Shown piece after piece: positions 29,346 to 39,205 of a stretch of DNA of 64,000 nt. The stretch is taken from contig CAVPCT010000004.1 in NCBI GenBank assembly GCA_963702475.1, forward strand, positions 1-64,000, written 5' to 3'. Under the pieces are notes generated by a model. It worked only from the letters and a program-made list of their open reading frames with translations. It was not told the origin of the DNA and searched no databases. Positions within the stretch are counted from its first letter, which is position 1, and the number at the start of each line of letters is the position of its first letter. Source of the stretch: an uncultured Thermoleophilia bacterium (GTDB lineage Bacteria > Actinomycetota > Thermoleophilia > UBA2241). A program made the position numbers and the translations under genes.

Positions 29346-31136
29346 ATGGACTTCTATACCGGACGGGTGCTCAGGCTCGACCTGACCGACCTCGCGGCTA
29401 CCGTTGAGCCGCTCGACATGGAGTGGGCGCGGCTCTTCGTGGGCGGTAAGGGCCTCCTCTTGCGCTACCTGTACCAGGAGCTGCCTGCGGACACCGACCC
29501 CTTGGCCCCCGAGAACCCGCTCATCCTCGCCACGGGCCCGTTCGCCGGCACCGCCGTGGCGACCTGCTCGCGCCTCGCCGTGGGCTGCAAGAGCCCCGCC
29601 ACCGGGACGCTTCTCGATTCGTACGTGGGCGGTTCGTTCGCACCCGAACTCAAGTTCGCCGGTTACGACGTGGTCGTCATCACCGGCGCGGCCTCCGAAC
29701 CCGTGCTCGTGCTTATCGAAGACGACCGCGTGGAGTTCCTCCCCGCCACCGGCCGGTTCTGGGGACTCGAGACGTCGGCGCTCGAGCAGCGGGTCCGCGA
29801 GCAGATGGGCCCGTTCCACAAGGTCCTCTCCACCGGCCCTGCCGGCGAGCACCTCGTGCCCTTCGCCTGTCTCTCCACGGACCAGTACCACAAGGCCGGC
29901 CGCGGCGGCGCAGGGGCCGTGATGGGCAGCAAGAACCTCAAGGCGGTCGTGGTACGCGGCACCGGAGCCGTGAGCGTCGGCGACATGAAGGCGTTCGCGG
30001 CAGACGTGCTGCGGATCCAGGACGAACGCGTCCTGAGCCCCGACAACGCGTGGACCTACGAGGAGGGCACGCCGTTTCTCGTCGATGCCGTGGGGGATGC
30101 AGGGGCGCTACCCACGCGCAACTGGCGGGCCGGCACGTTCGAGGGCGCGGGGAGCATCAACTCGGCGCAGCTGCTCAAGGTACGCACGAAGCTGCGCGCC
30201 TGCACACAGTGCCCGCTCGCCTGCCGCCAGGTGCACACCTTCGAGGAGCACACGTGCGAAGGCCCTGAGTTCGAGACCATCGGTCTGTGTGGCTCCAACT
30301 GCGGCATCGCCGACATCGCCGCCGTGGCCGAGTTCAACCGCGCCTGCGACGAGGTCGGCCTGGACACCATGTCCACGGGCTCCGTCGTCGCCCTCGCCAT
30401 GGACCTGTGCGAGCAGGGAGCCGCCGACTACGGGCTCGCCTTCGGCCAGACCGGCGGCTACCTCGAGGCGCCGGCCCTCATCGCGCGCCGCGAGGGCTGG
30501 GGCGCCGAGCTTGCGCTCGGCGCCCGCGACCTCGCCGCCCTCAAAGGCCGGCCGGACCTGGCCACGGAGGTCAAGGGCCTTGAGATGCCGGCCTACGACC
30601 CGCGTGGCACCTTCGGCATGGGTCTCGGCTACGCCACCTCCGACCGCGGCGCCTGCCACATGCGCGCCTTCTCCGCCGGCGACGACATCCTCGGCGGCTC
30701 CGGTCCTGCTCACTCCCTGGAAGGCCGCGCCCAACTCGTCGCCGATCTCCAGGACTTCAGCGCTCTCGCCTGGACCGGCGTGTGGTGTGCCAACATGTAC
30801 CTTGACACAGCCTTCATCGGCGCCCACCTCCGCCACTTGTGGGGTCGCGAGACGAGCGACGAGGAGATGCTCACGACCGGGGCCCGCATCTGGAACCTCG
30901 GGCGCCTGATCAACCTGCGCGAAGGGCTGCGCCGCGAACACGACCGGCTGCCCGCGCGCATCCTCGAGGAGCCCCATGCTGACGGCCTCTCGGCGGATCA
31001 CCCGATCGGGGCGGAAGCCTTCGGGGCGGCCCTGGACGAGTACTACCGCGTACGCGGCTGGGACGAGGCCGGCGCGCCCACCCCGGAGACCCTGGCGCGG
31101 CTCTCGCTCACGGAGCTGGACAAGCCGAGCGGCTGA
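29346..31136 (+). CDS. aor: Aldehyde:ferredoxin oxidoreductase (tungsten/molybdopterin AOR family)
   Basis: KSPATG, GRGGAGAVMGSKNLKA, CTQCPLAC Fe-S motif, GPEFET, YDPRG, DRGACH, YYRVRGWD. Confidence 0.92.
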   Translation: MDFYTGRVLRLDLTDLAATVEPLDMEWARLFVGGKGLLLRYLYQELPADTDPLAPENPLILATGPFAGTAVATCSRLAVGCKSPATGTLLDSYVGGSFAPELKFAGYDVVVITGAASEPVLVLIEDDRVEFLPATGRFWGLETSALEQRVREQMGPFHKVLSTGPAGEHLVPFACLSTDQYHKAGRGGAGAVMGSKNLKAVVVRGTGAVSVGDMKAFAADVLRIQDERVLSPDNAWTYEEGTPFLVDAVGDAGALPTRNWRAGTFEGAGSINSAQLLKVRTKLRACTQCPLACRQVHTFEEHTCEGPEFETIGLCGSNCGIADIAAVAEFNRACDEVGLDTMSTGSVVALAMDLCEQGAADYGLAFGQTGGYLEAPALIARREGWGAELALGARDLAALKGRPDLATEVKGLEMPAYDPRGTFGMGLGYATSDRGACHMRAFSAGDDILGGSGPAHSLEGRAQLVADLQDFSALAWTGVWCANMYLDTAFIGAHLRHLWGRETSDEEMLTTGARIWNLGRLINLREGLRREHDRLPARILEEPHADGLSADHPIGAEAFGAALDEYYRVRGWDEAGAPTPETLARLSLTELDKPSG

Positions 31137-31205
31137 GCGGCTCACACCCCCGGCGCGCCGCCGGGCCGTCGTGCGGCCCGAGAAACGCGCCGGCCAGCAG
31201 CCGCG

Positions 31206-32936
31206 TCAGCCGTTCGCCAGACGCAAGTCTCGCACGGGAGCACGCGTGGAGGCGGACGCGGCGTCGTCGAGCATGGTCATCGCAGCGCTCTCGGCGTCGA
31301 GCCGCGCTCTGTAGTGCGCGATCTCCTTGTCCACCGTGTCCCGGTCCCACGCCAGCGCCGACGCCATGATGCGAGCCACCTGCTCCACCGCATCCCGGCC
31401 CCGGTCGGGCGTCTCGAAGGCGATGTGCGTGCGGCGGGTCAGCACGTCGTCCACGTGCAGCGCCGCCTCAAAGAGCACCGCGTAGCGCACCTCTGCAGCC
31501 AGATACGTCTCCGCGCCCGACACCGGCTCCGCCAGGTCGGGCTCACCGACCACCAGATCGAGGACCTTGAGCGCCAGCGTGCCGTACCGCCTCACCAGGT
31601 GGCGTACCTGGTGCGGCGAGAGTCCGGCTGCTCCCGGGTGGATACGCGCTCTGGACTCCGCATACTGCGACCCCACAGCGCCCAGCAGCGGCACCTCGGC
31701 CGTGCGGCTTGCAGCCACCGTGAACGGCAGGTCGCGGGCGGCAACGTCCACGGCGTCGCGAGCCATGACCCGGTACGTCGTGTACTTGCCGCCGGCGATA
31801 CTCACGAGCCCGGGCAAGCTGCGTCGCACCACGTGCTCGCGAGACACGTCGGCGGTGTCCCCCGACCCTTCGGCCACGAGTGGGCGCAGCCCCACGTACA
31901 CGGCAGTGATGTCGTCGGCAGTCAGCGGCTCGCGCAGAATGGCGTTGGCGTGGCCCAGCAGGGAGTCGATGTCGGCGCGCGTGGCCGACGGATGGTCGAG
32001 GCCGAACTGCCAGTCCGTGTCCGTGGTCCCGATGATCCAGTGCTCGCCCCAGGGCAGCACGAACAGCACGCTCTTCTCCGTGTGGAGGATGAGTGCGCAC
32101 GACGAGTCGATGCGCGCCTTGGGGACGACGATGTGCACGCCTTTCGACGGCCGCACCCTGAGAGGGTCGGGAACGCCGGCGAGGCGCTCCATCTCCGTGG
32201 TCCACACCCCCGTGGCGTTGATCACAGCGCGAGCAGTGACATCGAGTTCGTCGCCGCGCTCGAGGTCGCGTAAGCGCGCTCCGGCGATGCGCCCTTTCTC
32301 CCGACGGAAGGAGACGACCTCCATCGCGGAGACGCAGGCCGCGCCGTGGCTGAAGGCGGTGCCCGCCAGGGTGACCGCGAAGCGCGCATCGTCCACTTGG
32401 GCGTCGTAGTACTGGATGCCGCCGGTCAGCGCGTCGTAGCGCAGCGATGGCACGGCTCGCAGGCACCCGTCGTGCGACAGGTGCCGGTGCCGCGGCATGG
32501 CGAGCCGCGCCCCGGCCAGGGCGTCGTAGAGCATGAGGCCGGCGCCCATGTAGGCGCGGTCGCGGAGACCGTGCTGCAGCGGCAACAGGAACGGCGTGGG
32601 GTGGACGAGGTGGGGCGCGATGGTCTGGACCAGCAGCCGGCGCTCGTGCAACGCCTCGCGGACGAGGCCGAGGTCGAAGTGCTCGAGGTAGCGCAGACCG
32701 CCGTGGATGAGCTTGCTCGACCTGCTCGAGGTGCCGGCGGCGAAGTCGCGCTTCTCCACGAGCGCTACGGAGAGGCCGCGGCTAGCCGCGTCGAGGGCCA
32801 CCCCGCAGCCGGTGACTCCGCCCCCGATGACGAGCACGTCGAAGTACTCGGTGGCGAGTCGCTGCAGCTGACGCTTCCGCGTGTCGCGCGCCGCCGACCG
32901 GCGGCTCACCTTGTAGCCGGGACCGATCACGGACAT
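31206..32936 (-). CDS. glpD: FAD-dependent glycerol-3-phosphate dehydrogenase/oxidase
   Basis: DVLVIGGGVTG, GTSSRSSKLIHGGLRYL, DDAR, INATGVW, SKGVH, GTTD, GLRPL, GGKYTTYR. Confidence 0.92.
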   Translation of the reverse strand: MSVIGPGYKVSRRSAARDTRKRQLQRLATEYFDVLVIGGGVTGCGVALDAASRGLSVALVEKRDFAAGTSSRSSKLIHGGLRYLEHFDLGLVREALHERRLLVQTIAPHLVHPTPFLLPLQHGLRDRAYMGAGLMLYDALAGARLAMPRHRHLSHDGCLRAVPSLRYDALTGGIQYYDAQVDDARFAVTLAGTAFSHGAACVSAMEVVSFRREKGRIAGARLRDLERGDELDVTARAVINATGVWTTEMERLAGVPDPLRVRPSKGVHIVVPKARIDSSCALILHTEKSVLFVLPWGEHWIIGTTDTDWQFGLDHPSATRADIDSLLGHANAILREPLTADDITAVYVGLRPLVAEGSGDTADVSREHVVRRSLPGLVSIAGGKYTTYRVMARDAVDVAARDLPFTVAASRTAEVPLLGAVGSQYAESRARIHPGAAGLSPHQVRHLVRRYGTLALKVLDLVVGEPDLAEPVSGAETYLAAEVRYAVLFEAALHVDDVLTRRTHIAFETPDRGRDAVEQVARIMASALAWDRDTVDKEIAHYRARLDAESAAMTMLDDAASASTRAPVRDLRLANG

Positions 32937-32956
32937 GCGGACCCACCTCCCCGCTG

Positions 32957-33014
32957 ACTGGTATGTACCATACTACTGGTATGTACCATGACCGCTGTGC
33001 GATACTGTTGTCAA
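32957..33014 (-). promoter_or_regulatory. Tandem operator ACTGGTATGTACCAT x2 (32957-32971, 32975-32989) overlapping the putative glpD promoter (TTGACA at 33014-33009)
   Basis: Exact 15-bp direct repeat with 18-bp period. Each copy carries a TGGT-N4-ACCA palindrome resembling GntR/HutC-type sites. Confidence 0.7.
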
Positions 33015-33119
33015 GTTCCCGCGGAGCGGCCGGCGACCCAGGCGGGTCGCCGGTTCCCGCCTCGAGCATCGTCATCGCGGCACGCCTGGCATGCGGCACG
33101 CCGCGCCACAGGAGAATCC

Positions 33120-34478
33120 ATGAAGCACATCGTCGAGACCGCCCGGCAGACGCCGGTGCTCCTGGAGACGGAGGTCCTCGTCGTGGGCGGCGGGCCGGGC
33201 GGCCTGGCGGCCGCCGTCGCCGCCGCCCGCACCGGCGCCCGCACCACCCTGGTGGACCGCTACGGCTGCTTTGGCGGGGTCATCACCCAGGTGGGCGTCG
33301 ACAGCCTGGCCTGGTACCGGCACGAAGGCACCACCGACCTTGAGGGCATCGGCATCGAGTTCGAGCAGCGTGCCGCGGCTGCGGGCGGCACGATGCGCGA
33401 GTCCCAGTCGCTGAGCGAGGCCCTGGACCCGGAACTGTTCAAAGTGATCGCCGATACGCTCGTCGTTGAAGCCGGCGTGCAGCCACTGCTGCACTCGCTC
33501 GCCGTGGACGCCGTCGTGGAGGACGGTCTCGTCAGGGGGGTGATCACCGAAGGAAAGTCAGGACGGCACGCCATCGTGGCGGATCGCGTCGTGGACGCGA
33601 CCGGCGACGCCGACATCGCCTACCACGCCGGGGCGGCCTGTCGCGCCACGCCGGTCGGGGAGATGATGGGCGTCACCGTCATGTTCTCCTGCTCGGGCGT
33701 GGACAAGCAGCGTTTTCTGACACATGTTGCCGCCACCGGCCCGACCTACGGCGACTGGGGCGTGTGCTGGGAAGTCGAGACCACGGGCAAGGAGGACCAC
33801 CTCTTCAGCCCGTACCTTCAGGAGCCGTTCGAGCAGGCTCGTCGCGACGGCGTCATCCCGCCCGAGATCCGCAGCATCGGGGGCACGTGGGGCCGCATCA
33901 CCGACTCCGGCGAGGCGAGCTCCCTGAACATGGTGGTGATGCCGGGCTACGACTGCACCGACGTGCGTGACCTCACGCGCGCGGAGATGGAAGGCCGCCG
34001 GCAGGCGCTCTACGCCATCGAGGCGTTGCGACGCTACACGCCCGGCTTCGAGGACGCGCGTCTGCGCACGTTCGGCATGACGCTCGGCACGCGCGACTCG
34101 CGCAAGGTCGTCGGCCGCTACGAACTGACCGCGGCCGATGTGCGCGGCGAGGCTCGCTTCGAAGACACAGTCGGGATCTTCCCTGAGTTCCTCGACGGCT
34201 ACGGCGTCCTCGTCCTGCCCACCACTGGGCGCTACTTCCAGGTGCCCTACGGGATCCTCGTCCCGCAGGGCGTGGACAACCTTCTGGTCGCCGGGCGCTG
34301 CGTGGCCGGCGACCGGGTGTCACACGCCGCCACCCGGAACCAGATGTGCTGCGCCGTCACCGGCCAGGCCGCCGGAGCGGCCGCCGCCGTTTCGCTGCGG
34401 GACGGCCGCTCCACAGGCGAGGTCGACGTGCGTCACGTGCAGGCGGAGCTCAGAAGACAGGGCGTGAGGCTGCACTGA
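33120..34478 (+). CDS. FAD-dependent oxidoreductase (FAD_oxidored family)
   Basis: EVLVVGGGPGG, DATGDADIA, RDSR...G.Y.LT, VPYGILVP..VDNLLVAGRC, GQAAG. RBS AGGAG. Confidence 0.85.
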   Translation: MKHIVETARQTPVLLETEVLVVGGGPGGLAAAVAAARTGARTTLVDRYGCFGGVITQVGVDSLAWYRHEGTTDLEGIGIEFEQRAAAAGGTMRESQSLSEALDPELFKVIADTLVVEAGVQPLLHSLAVDAVVEDGLVRGVITEGKSGRHAIVADRVVDATGDADIAYHAGAACRATPVGEMMGVTVMFSCSGVDKQRFLTHVAATGPTYGDWGVCWEVETTGKEDHLFSPYLQEPFEQARRDGVIPPEIRSIGGTWGRITDSGEASSLNMVVMPGYDCTDVRDLTRAEMEGRRQALYAIEALRRYTPGFEDARLRTFGMTLGTRDSRKVVGRYELTAADVRGEARFEDTVGIFPEFLDGYGVLVLPTTGRYFQVPYGILVPQGVDNLLVAGRCVAGDRVSHAATRNQMCCAVTGQAAGAAAAVSLRDGRSTGEVDVRHVQAELRRQGVRLH

Positions 34479-34507
34479 CCGACGCCTGCGCGACGCACGG
34501 CGGCGGC

Positions 34508-35266
34508 TCAGGCGCCGCTCGTACCCGGGCTGGCCACATCCTCGACGGGCGCCGTCACCGAGAACTCCGTACGGTCGCCTCGATACACGTCCCGCGCGAG
34601 TTCTACGATCGTTTCCGTATCGTCGAACACGGTGCGGGTGAGCACGATCGCAGGGCTCCCGAGCCCGGCGCCGAGGGCCTCCGCCTCGTAGCGGTCGAGC
34701 GCGACCGCCACGACCCTTGCGTCGGCCTTCGTGGGGTTCACGCCGTAGTGCGACCGCAGCAGCGCCCACAGGGAGCCGGTGAGGTCGTGCTCCAGCAGGT
34801 CGGGGAACCGCACCGCCGACAATTGGATGTTCTCGATGGCGATCGGTTCACCCATGGCCGTGCGCAGTCGCTGCACGACGTAGACGCGGGCGCCGGACGG
34901 GATGCGGAGCAGGTGGGCGGCAACGGGGTCCGGATCCAGCGCGGCGGCGGCCAGCACCTCGGTGCCCGGCTCCCGTGACGCGTCGGTCATGGACCGCGTG
35001 AAGCTGCCCACGCTGAACCTCAGGCGTGGCTCTGCCACGAAGGTGCCCCGACGGGGATTGCGGTAGAGATAGCCCTCCAGGGTGAGGATCTCGAGAGCGT
35101 GCCGTGCAGTCATGCGACTGACCTGGTAGCGCTCACTCAGGATGCGTTCGGACGGTACAGGGGCGTGGGCGTCCAGCTGACCTGCGGCGATCTGGTCGCG
35201 CAGGAGCGCTGCGAGCCAAAGATACAGGGGACTCGACCGCTCGGGCATGCGGCGCGTGCTCGCCAC
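34508..35266 (-). CDS. GntR family transcriptional regulator, HutC subfamily (UTRA domain)
   Basis: PLY..L...LR..I, VPSER.LSERYQVSRMTARHAL, RRGTFV, plus C-terminal UTRA ending YRGDR. Confidence 0.9.
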   Translation of the reverse strand: MASTRRMPERSSPLYLWLAALLRDQIAAGQLDAHAPVPSERILSERYQVSRMTARHALEILTLEGYLYRNPRRGTFVAEPRLRFSVGSFTRSMTDASREPGTEVLAAAALDPDPVAAHLLRIPSGARVYVVQRLRTAMGEPIAIENIQLSAVRFPDLLEHDLTGSLWALLRSHYGVNPTKADARVVAVALDRYEAEALGAGLGSPAIVLTRTVFDDTETIVELARDVYRGDRTEFSVTAPVEDVASPGTSGA

Positions 35267-35482
35267 CTCGACTTCCTCCGTGTCTGGAGACCGGACCCGC
35301 CCGGAGGTCAGCGCGCTGGCCGACGACCCGGGCAGTCAGTAGCCTAGACCATCTGAGACGACCCGTCGCCCCGGCGCCCGACCCCGGAGAGGCCGTCGCC
35401 GGACTCCTCGTCGGCGGACCTGCAGGACCACGGTCGCCGGCCGTGCGCCGCCGGGAGGCCGGGCACTCCAGTACCGCGGCGT

Positions 35483-35546
35483 TTGACAGCCGGTCCGGAG
35501 ATGCTATGGTGCGTCCAACGACTGGTGGCCACCAATCGGATGGTGG
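35483..35546 (+). promoter_or_regulatory. Promoter TTGACA-N16-TATGGT followed by palindrome TGGTGGCCACCA (35523-35534) and a second half-site 18 bp later
   Basis: The architecture is nearly duplicated at 54357-54420. Confidence 0.7.
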
Positions 35547-35603
35547 CAGAAGTCATGACGCGTTCCCCGTCGCACGTGCGCCCCGGAACAGAAGGAGTGG
35601 AGC

Positions 35604-37520
35604 GTGGAGGGACCATACGAGGCCGCGTACCGTGCGTCGATCCAGCGGCCTGACGAGTTCTGGGGCGCGGCAGCCGAGGCCGTCGAGTGGGCGAGCCGCT
35701 GGGACGCCGTCCTCGACCGCTCGGCGTCGCCCGCGCCACGCTGGTTCACCGGAGGAACGCTGAACACCTGTCACAACGCCCTGGATCGCCACGTTGCTGC
35801 CGGCCGCGGCGACACCCTCGCCGTCATCTTCGACAGTCCCGTCACCGGCACGACGACGCAGCTGACGTACCGGGAGCTGCTGGAGCGGGTCTCCCGGTTC
35901 GCCGGTGGCCTGCGTCGGTTGGGCGTGGAGCGGGGCGACCGGGTCGTCATCTACATGCCCATGGTCCCGGAGACGCTCATCGCGATGCTGGCCTGCGCAC
36001 GCATCGGCGCGGTCCACTCCGTCGTGTTCGGAGGGTTCGCGGCCGAGGAGCTCGCGGTCCGCATCGACGACGCCAAGCCGAAGCTCCTGGTCTGGGCCTC
36101 GTGCGGCATCGAGCCCGGCAGGATCGTCGCCTACGGTCCCCTGGTCGAAGGGGCGCTCGAACTGGCCCGCTGGCCGGTGGCATCGACCGTGGTCCTGCAG
36201 CGGGAGCAGCTCGAGGCCGGCGTCTCCGCCGCGCGCGACCACGACTGGCTCGAGCTCGAGCGGTCCTCCGAGCCGGCCGGCTGCGTGGAGGTGGAAGCCA
36301 CGGACCCGCTCTACATCCTCTACACCTCCGGGACCACGGGCAAGCCCAAGGGTGTGGTCCGGGACAGCGGCGGTCACGCCGTGGCTCTGCTGTGGTCGAT
36401 GAAGAACCTGTACGGGGTGGGCCCCGGCGACGTCTTCTGGGCGGCCTCCGACATGGGCTGGGTGGTCGGCCACTCCTACATCGTCTACGGGCCGCTGCTG
36501 GCGGGTGCCACGACGGTCATCTACGAGGGCAAGCCCGTGGGGACGCCGGACGCCGGAGCGTTCTGGCGCGTCGCCGAACAGCACCGCGTCAAGGTCCTCT
36601 TCACGGCGCCCACGGCCATCCGCGCGATCCGCCGGGACGACCCCGAGGGAGGCCTCGTCGGCGCCTACGACCTCAGCTCGCTCGAGGCGCTCTTCCTCGC
36701 CGGCGAACGCCTCGACCCGGACACGTACCACTGGGCGACCGACGTTCTCGGGATCCCGGTCATCGACCACTGGTGGCAGACCGAGACGGGCTGGGCGATC
36801 TGCGCGGACTGCCGCGGGCTGGAGGACCTGCCCCTCAAGCCGGGGTCCCCGACCAGGCCTGTCCCGGGCTTCGACCTCGCCGTGCTGGACGCACACGGCC
36901 ACGCCCTGGAGCCTCCGGCCGAGGGCGTGCTCGCCCTGCGGCTGCCTCTGCCGCCGGGCACGCTCCCGACGCTCTGGCAGAACGACGAGGGGTTCTTCAA
37001 CACCTATCTCGCGCCGTACCCGGGCTACTACTTCACCGGCGACAACGGCAGCGTCGACGAGGACGGCTACGTCTTCGTCATGGGGCGCGTGGACGACATC
37101 ATCAACGTCGCCGGGCACCGCCTGTCCACCGGCCGCATGGAGGAGGTGCTGGCCCAGCACGAGGACGTCGCCGAGTGCGCTGTGATCGGCGCGGCGGACG
37201 ACCTCAAGGGGCAGGTCCCGCTCGGGCTGGTGGTGCTCAAGGCCGGCGCCGACAGGGACCCGGACGAGGTCGGCGCCGAGCTGGTGCGCATGGTCAGGGA
37301 GCACGTCGGCCCGGTGGCGGCGTTCAAGCGCGCCGTTGTTGTGCGGCGCCTGCCCAAGACGCGTTCGGGCAAGATCCTCCGAGGCACGATCCGCAAGATC
37401 GCCGACGGCGCCGAGTTCAGCGTCCCCGCGACCATCGAGGACCCGACAGTCATTCCCGAGCTGATGGAGGTCATGGCGACTCCGCCCGGCACGGGGAGGA
37501 AGGCGGTGAGCGACCGCTGA
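35604..37520 (+). CDS. prpE: Propionyl-CoA synthetase / short-chain acyl-CoA ligase
   Basis: YTSGTTGKPKG, WAASDMGWVVGHSY, YEGKPVGTPDAG, AGERLDP, DHWWQTETG, PKTRSGKILR, PATIEDP. Confidence 0.85.
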   Translation: MEGPYEAAYRASIQRPDEFWGAAAEAVEWASRWDAVLDRSASPAPRWFTGGTLNTCHNALDRHVAAGRGDTLAVIFDSPVTGTTTQLTYRELLERVSRFAGGLRRLGVERGDRVVIYMPMVPETLIAMLACARIGAVHSVVFGGFAAEELAVRIDDAKPKLLVWASCGIEPGRIVAYGPLVEGALELARWPVASTVVLQREQLEAGVSAARDHDWLELERSSEPAGCVEVEATDPLYILYTSGTTGKPKGVVRDSGGHAVALLWSMKNLYGVGPGDVFWAASDMGWVVGHSYIVYGPLLAGATTVIYEGKPVGTPDAGAFWRVAEQHRVKVLFTAPTAIRAIRRDDPEGGLVGAYDLSSLEALFLAGERLDPDTYHWATDVLGIPVIDHWWQTETGWAICADCRGLEDLPLKPGSPTRPVPGFDLAVLDAHGHALEPPAEGVLALRLPLPPGTLPTLWQNDEGFFNTYLAPYPGYYFTGDNGSVDEDGYVFVMGRVDDIINVAGHRLSTGRMEEVLAQHEDVAECAVIGAADDLKGQVPLGLVVLKAGADRDPDEVGAELVRMVREHVGPVAAFKRAVVVRRLPKTRSGKILRGTIRKIADGAEFSVPATIEDPTVIPELMEVMATPPGTGRKAVSDR

Positions 37521-37630
37521 CGAGAGACGACGCGGCCGTTGCGACGCCCCCACCCGGGGCGATCGTCGCGGCCGGGACCTGACGGTGACCGACGGGCTCC
37601 CCCTCCGGGCGAGCCCGAGGAGGTGATGAG

Positions 37631-39130
37631 ATGAGACGGAACCTGCAGGCGGGCCACCGCCGCAGCGGAGGCCTGCACCTGGAGGTGTTCACGCCGGACG
37701 AGCTCACCGACATCCACATGGCGACACTGGATGTCTTCGAACGCACCGGCGTGTACGTCGGCAGCGCCGAGGCCCAGGAGCTCTTCCACGGCGCCGGCTG
37801 CAGGGTCGAGGCCGACGGCATCGTCAAGATCCCCGGGCACGTGGTCGAGGACGCGATCCGCTCGACGCCCTCGCGCCTCGCCATGTACGGCCGCGACCCC
37901 AAGCACGACATCGTCCTCGAGGACGGCCGCGTCGGTTTCACCAACTTCGGCGAGGGCATCAACGTCATCGACCCCTACACCGGCGAGTTGCGACAGACGA
38001 CGAAGAAGGACGTGGGCGACTGCTCGCGCATCATCGACGCCCTGCCCGAGATCGACGTCATCGAGCGGCCGCTGGGCGCACATGACGTGCCCGAGGACGC
38101 GGGGCCCCTGCACAACGCCGAGGCCATCTTCACCAACTGCTCCAAGCCGGCCTTCATCGGGCCGCTCACCGGCCACCTCGCACGGCACATGCGCAAGATG
38201 GCGGCCGCCATCGTCGGCGGCGCGGAGCGGCTGCGCGAGCATCCGTACCTCTCGTACGTCATCTGCCCCGTGGCGCCCCTGCGCCTCATCGAGGACGTCT
38301 GCGACATCGTCATCGAGGGCGCCCGCAACCGTGTGCCGGTCACGCCGGTCTCCATCGTCATGGCCGGCGGGTCGGCGCCGATGAGCTTGGCCGGCGCCGT
38401 GGTCACCACCAACGTCGAGATCCTGGGGTGTCTCACGCTCGGCCAGCTGGCGAGCAAGGGCGCGCCCTTCGTCTTCGGCAGCTCGTCGTCGTCGATGGAC
38501 CTCCGCTTCGCCTCCGCCTCCGTGGGCTCCCCCGAGTGCGCCCTCATCAACTCCGCCGTGGCCTGTCTGGCGCGCTACTACCTGCTGCCCAGCTGGGTCG
38601 CCGGGCAGTAGGGCGACTCCAAGCTGGTCGACGCCCAGTCCGGCCACGAGAAGACCCTCACCGGGCTCCTCCCAGCGTTGGCAGGTGCCAACCTGATCTA
38701 CGGGGCCGGGATGCTGGAGTCGGGCATGACCATCGACTACGCGCAGCTCGTCATGGACAACGAGTTCGCGCGCCTCATCAAGTTCTGCGTGAACGGCGTC
38801 CCCGTGAACGACGAGACCCTCTCGGTCGACGTGATCCACGACGTCGGCCCCTTCAGCGACTTCCTCGCCCACGAGGACACCTACCGCCACATGCGCGAGC
38901 AGAGCCAGCCGCGGCTCATCGACCGCCGCGTCCGCGAGGAGTGGACGGCAGCCGGTTCGACGAGCCTCTACGAGCGGGCCCGCGCCGAGGCGATGCGCAT
39001 CCTCGAGAGCCACGAGCCCACGCCCCTGCCCGAGGGTGCGGCCGCCGAGATGGCGGCCATCGTCGCCGAGGCGGAGCGGGAGCTGGGGGTCGAGGCAAGG
39101 CGACCGAAGGTGGCGGTCGTGCAGGCGTGA
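37631..39130 (+). CDS. mttB: Trimethylamine:corrinoid methyltransferase MttB, pyrrolysine-containing (in-frame TAG 38609-38611, codon 327; 499 aa)
   Basis: ORFs 37631..38611 and 38678..39130 are in the same frame: LPSWVAGQ-TAG-GDSKLVDAQSGHEKTLTG..ALAGANLIYGAGMLE. This is the canonical MttB Pyl context. Confidence 0.92.
38498..39090 (+). repeat. 593-bp inverted repeat, copy 1 (3' part of Pyl-mttB; apparently identical to 51589..52181)
   Basis: Protein translation and off-frame translation (ORF 38428 vs ORF 51466) are identical over this span. Confidence 0.85.
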
Positions 39131-39205
39131 ATCCGATGCGATCATCGACGGCGTGGCCACACAGAAGAGGCGCCACGCCGCAGCCGAGCTGACGAAAGGG
39201 CACAC

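Noticed and set aside
29346-31136. Selenocysteine (TGA) read-through in AOR or other oxidoreductases
   Set aside because: These ORFs are full length with family-typical C-termini and no internal TGA.
38609-38611. The amber codons as nonsense mutations or sequencing errors
   Set aside because: They fall at the same alignment column in three mttB genes and at the separate known Pyl column in mtbB, with intact downstream coding. Random error would not do this.
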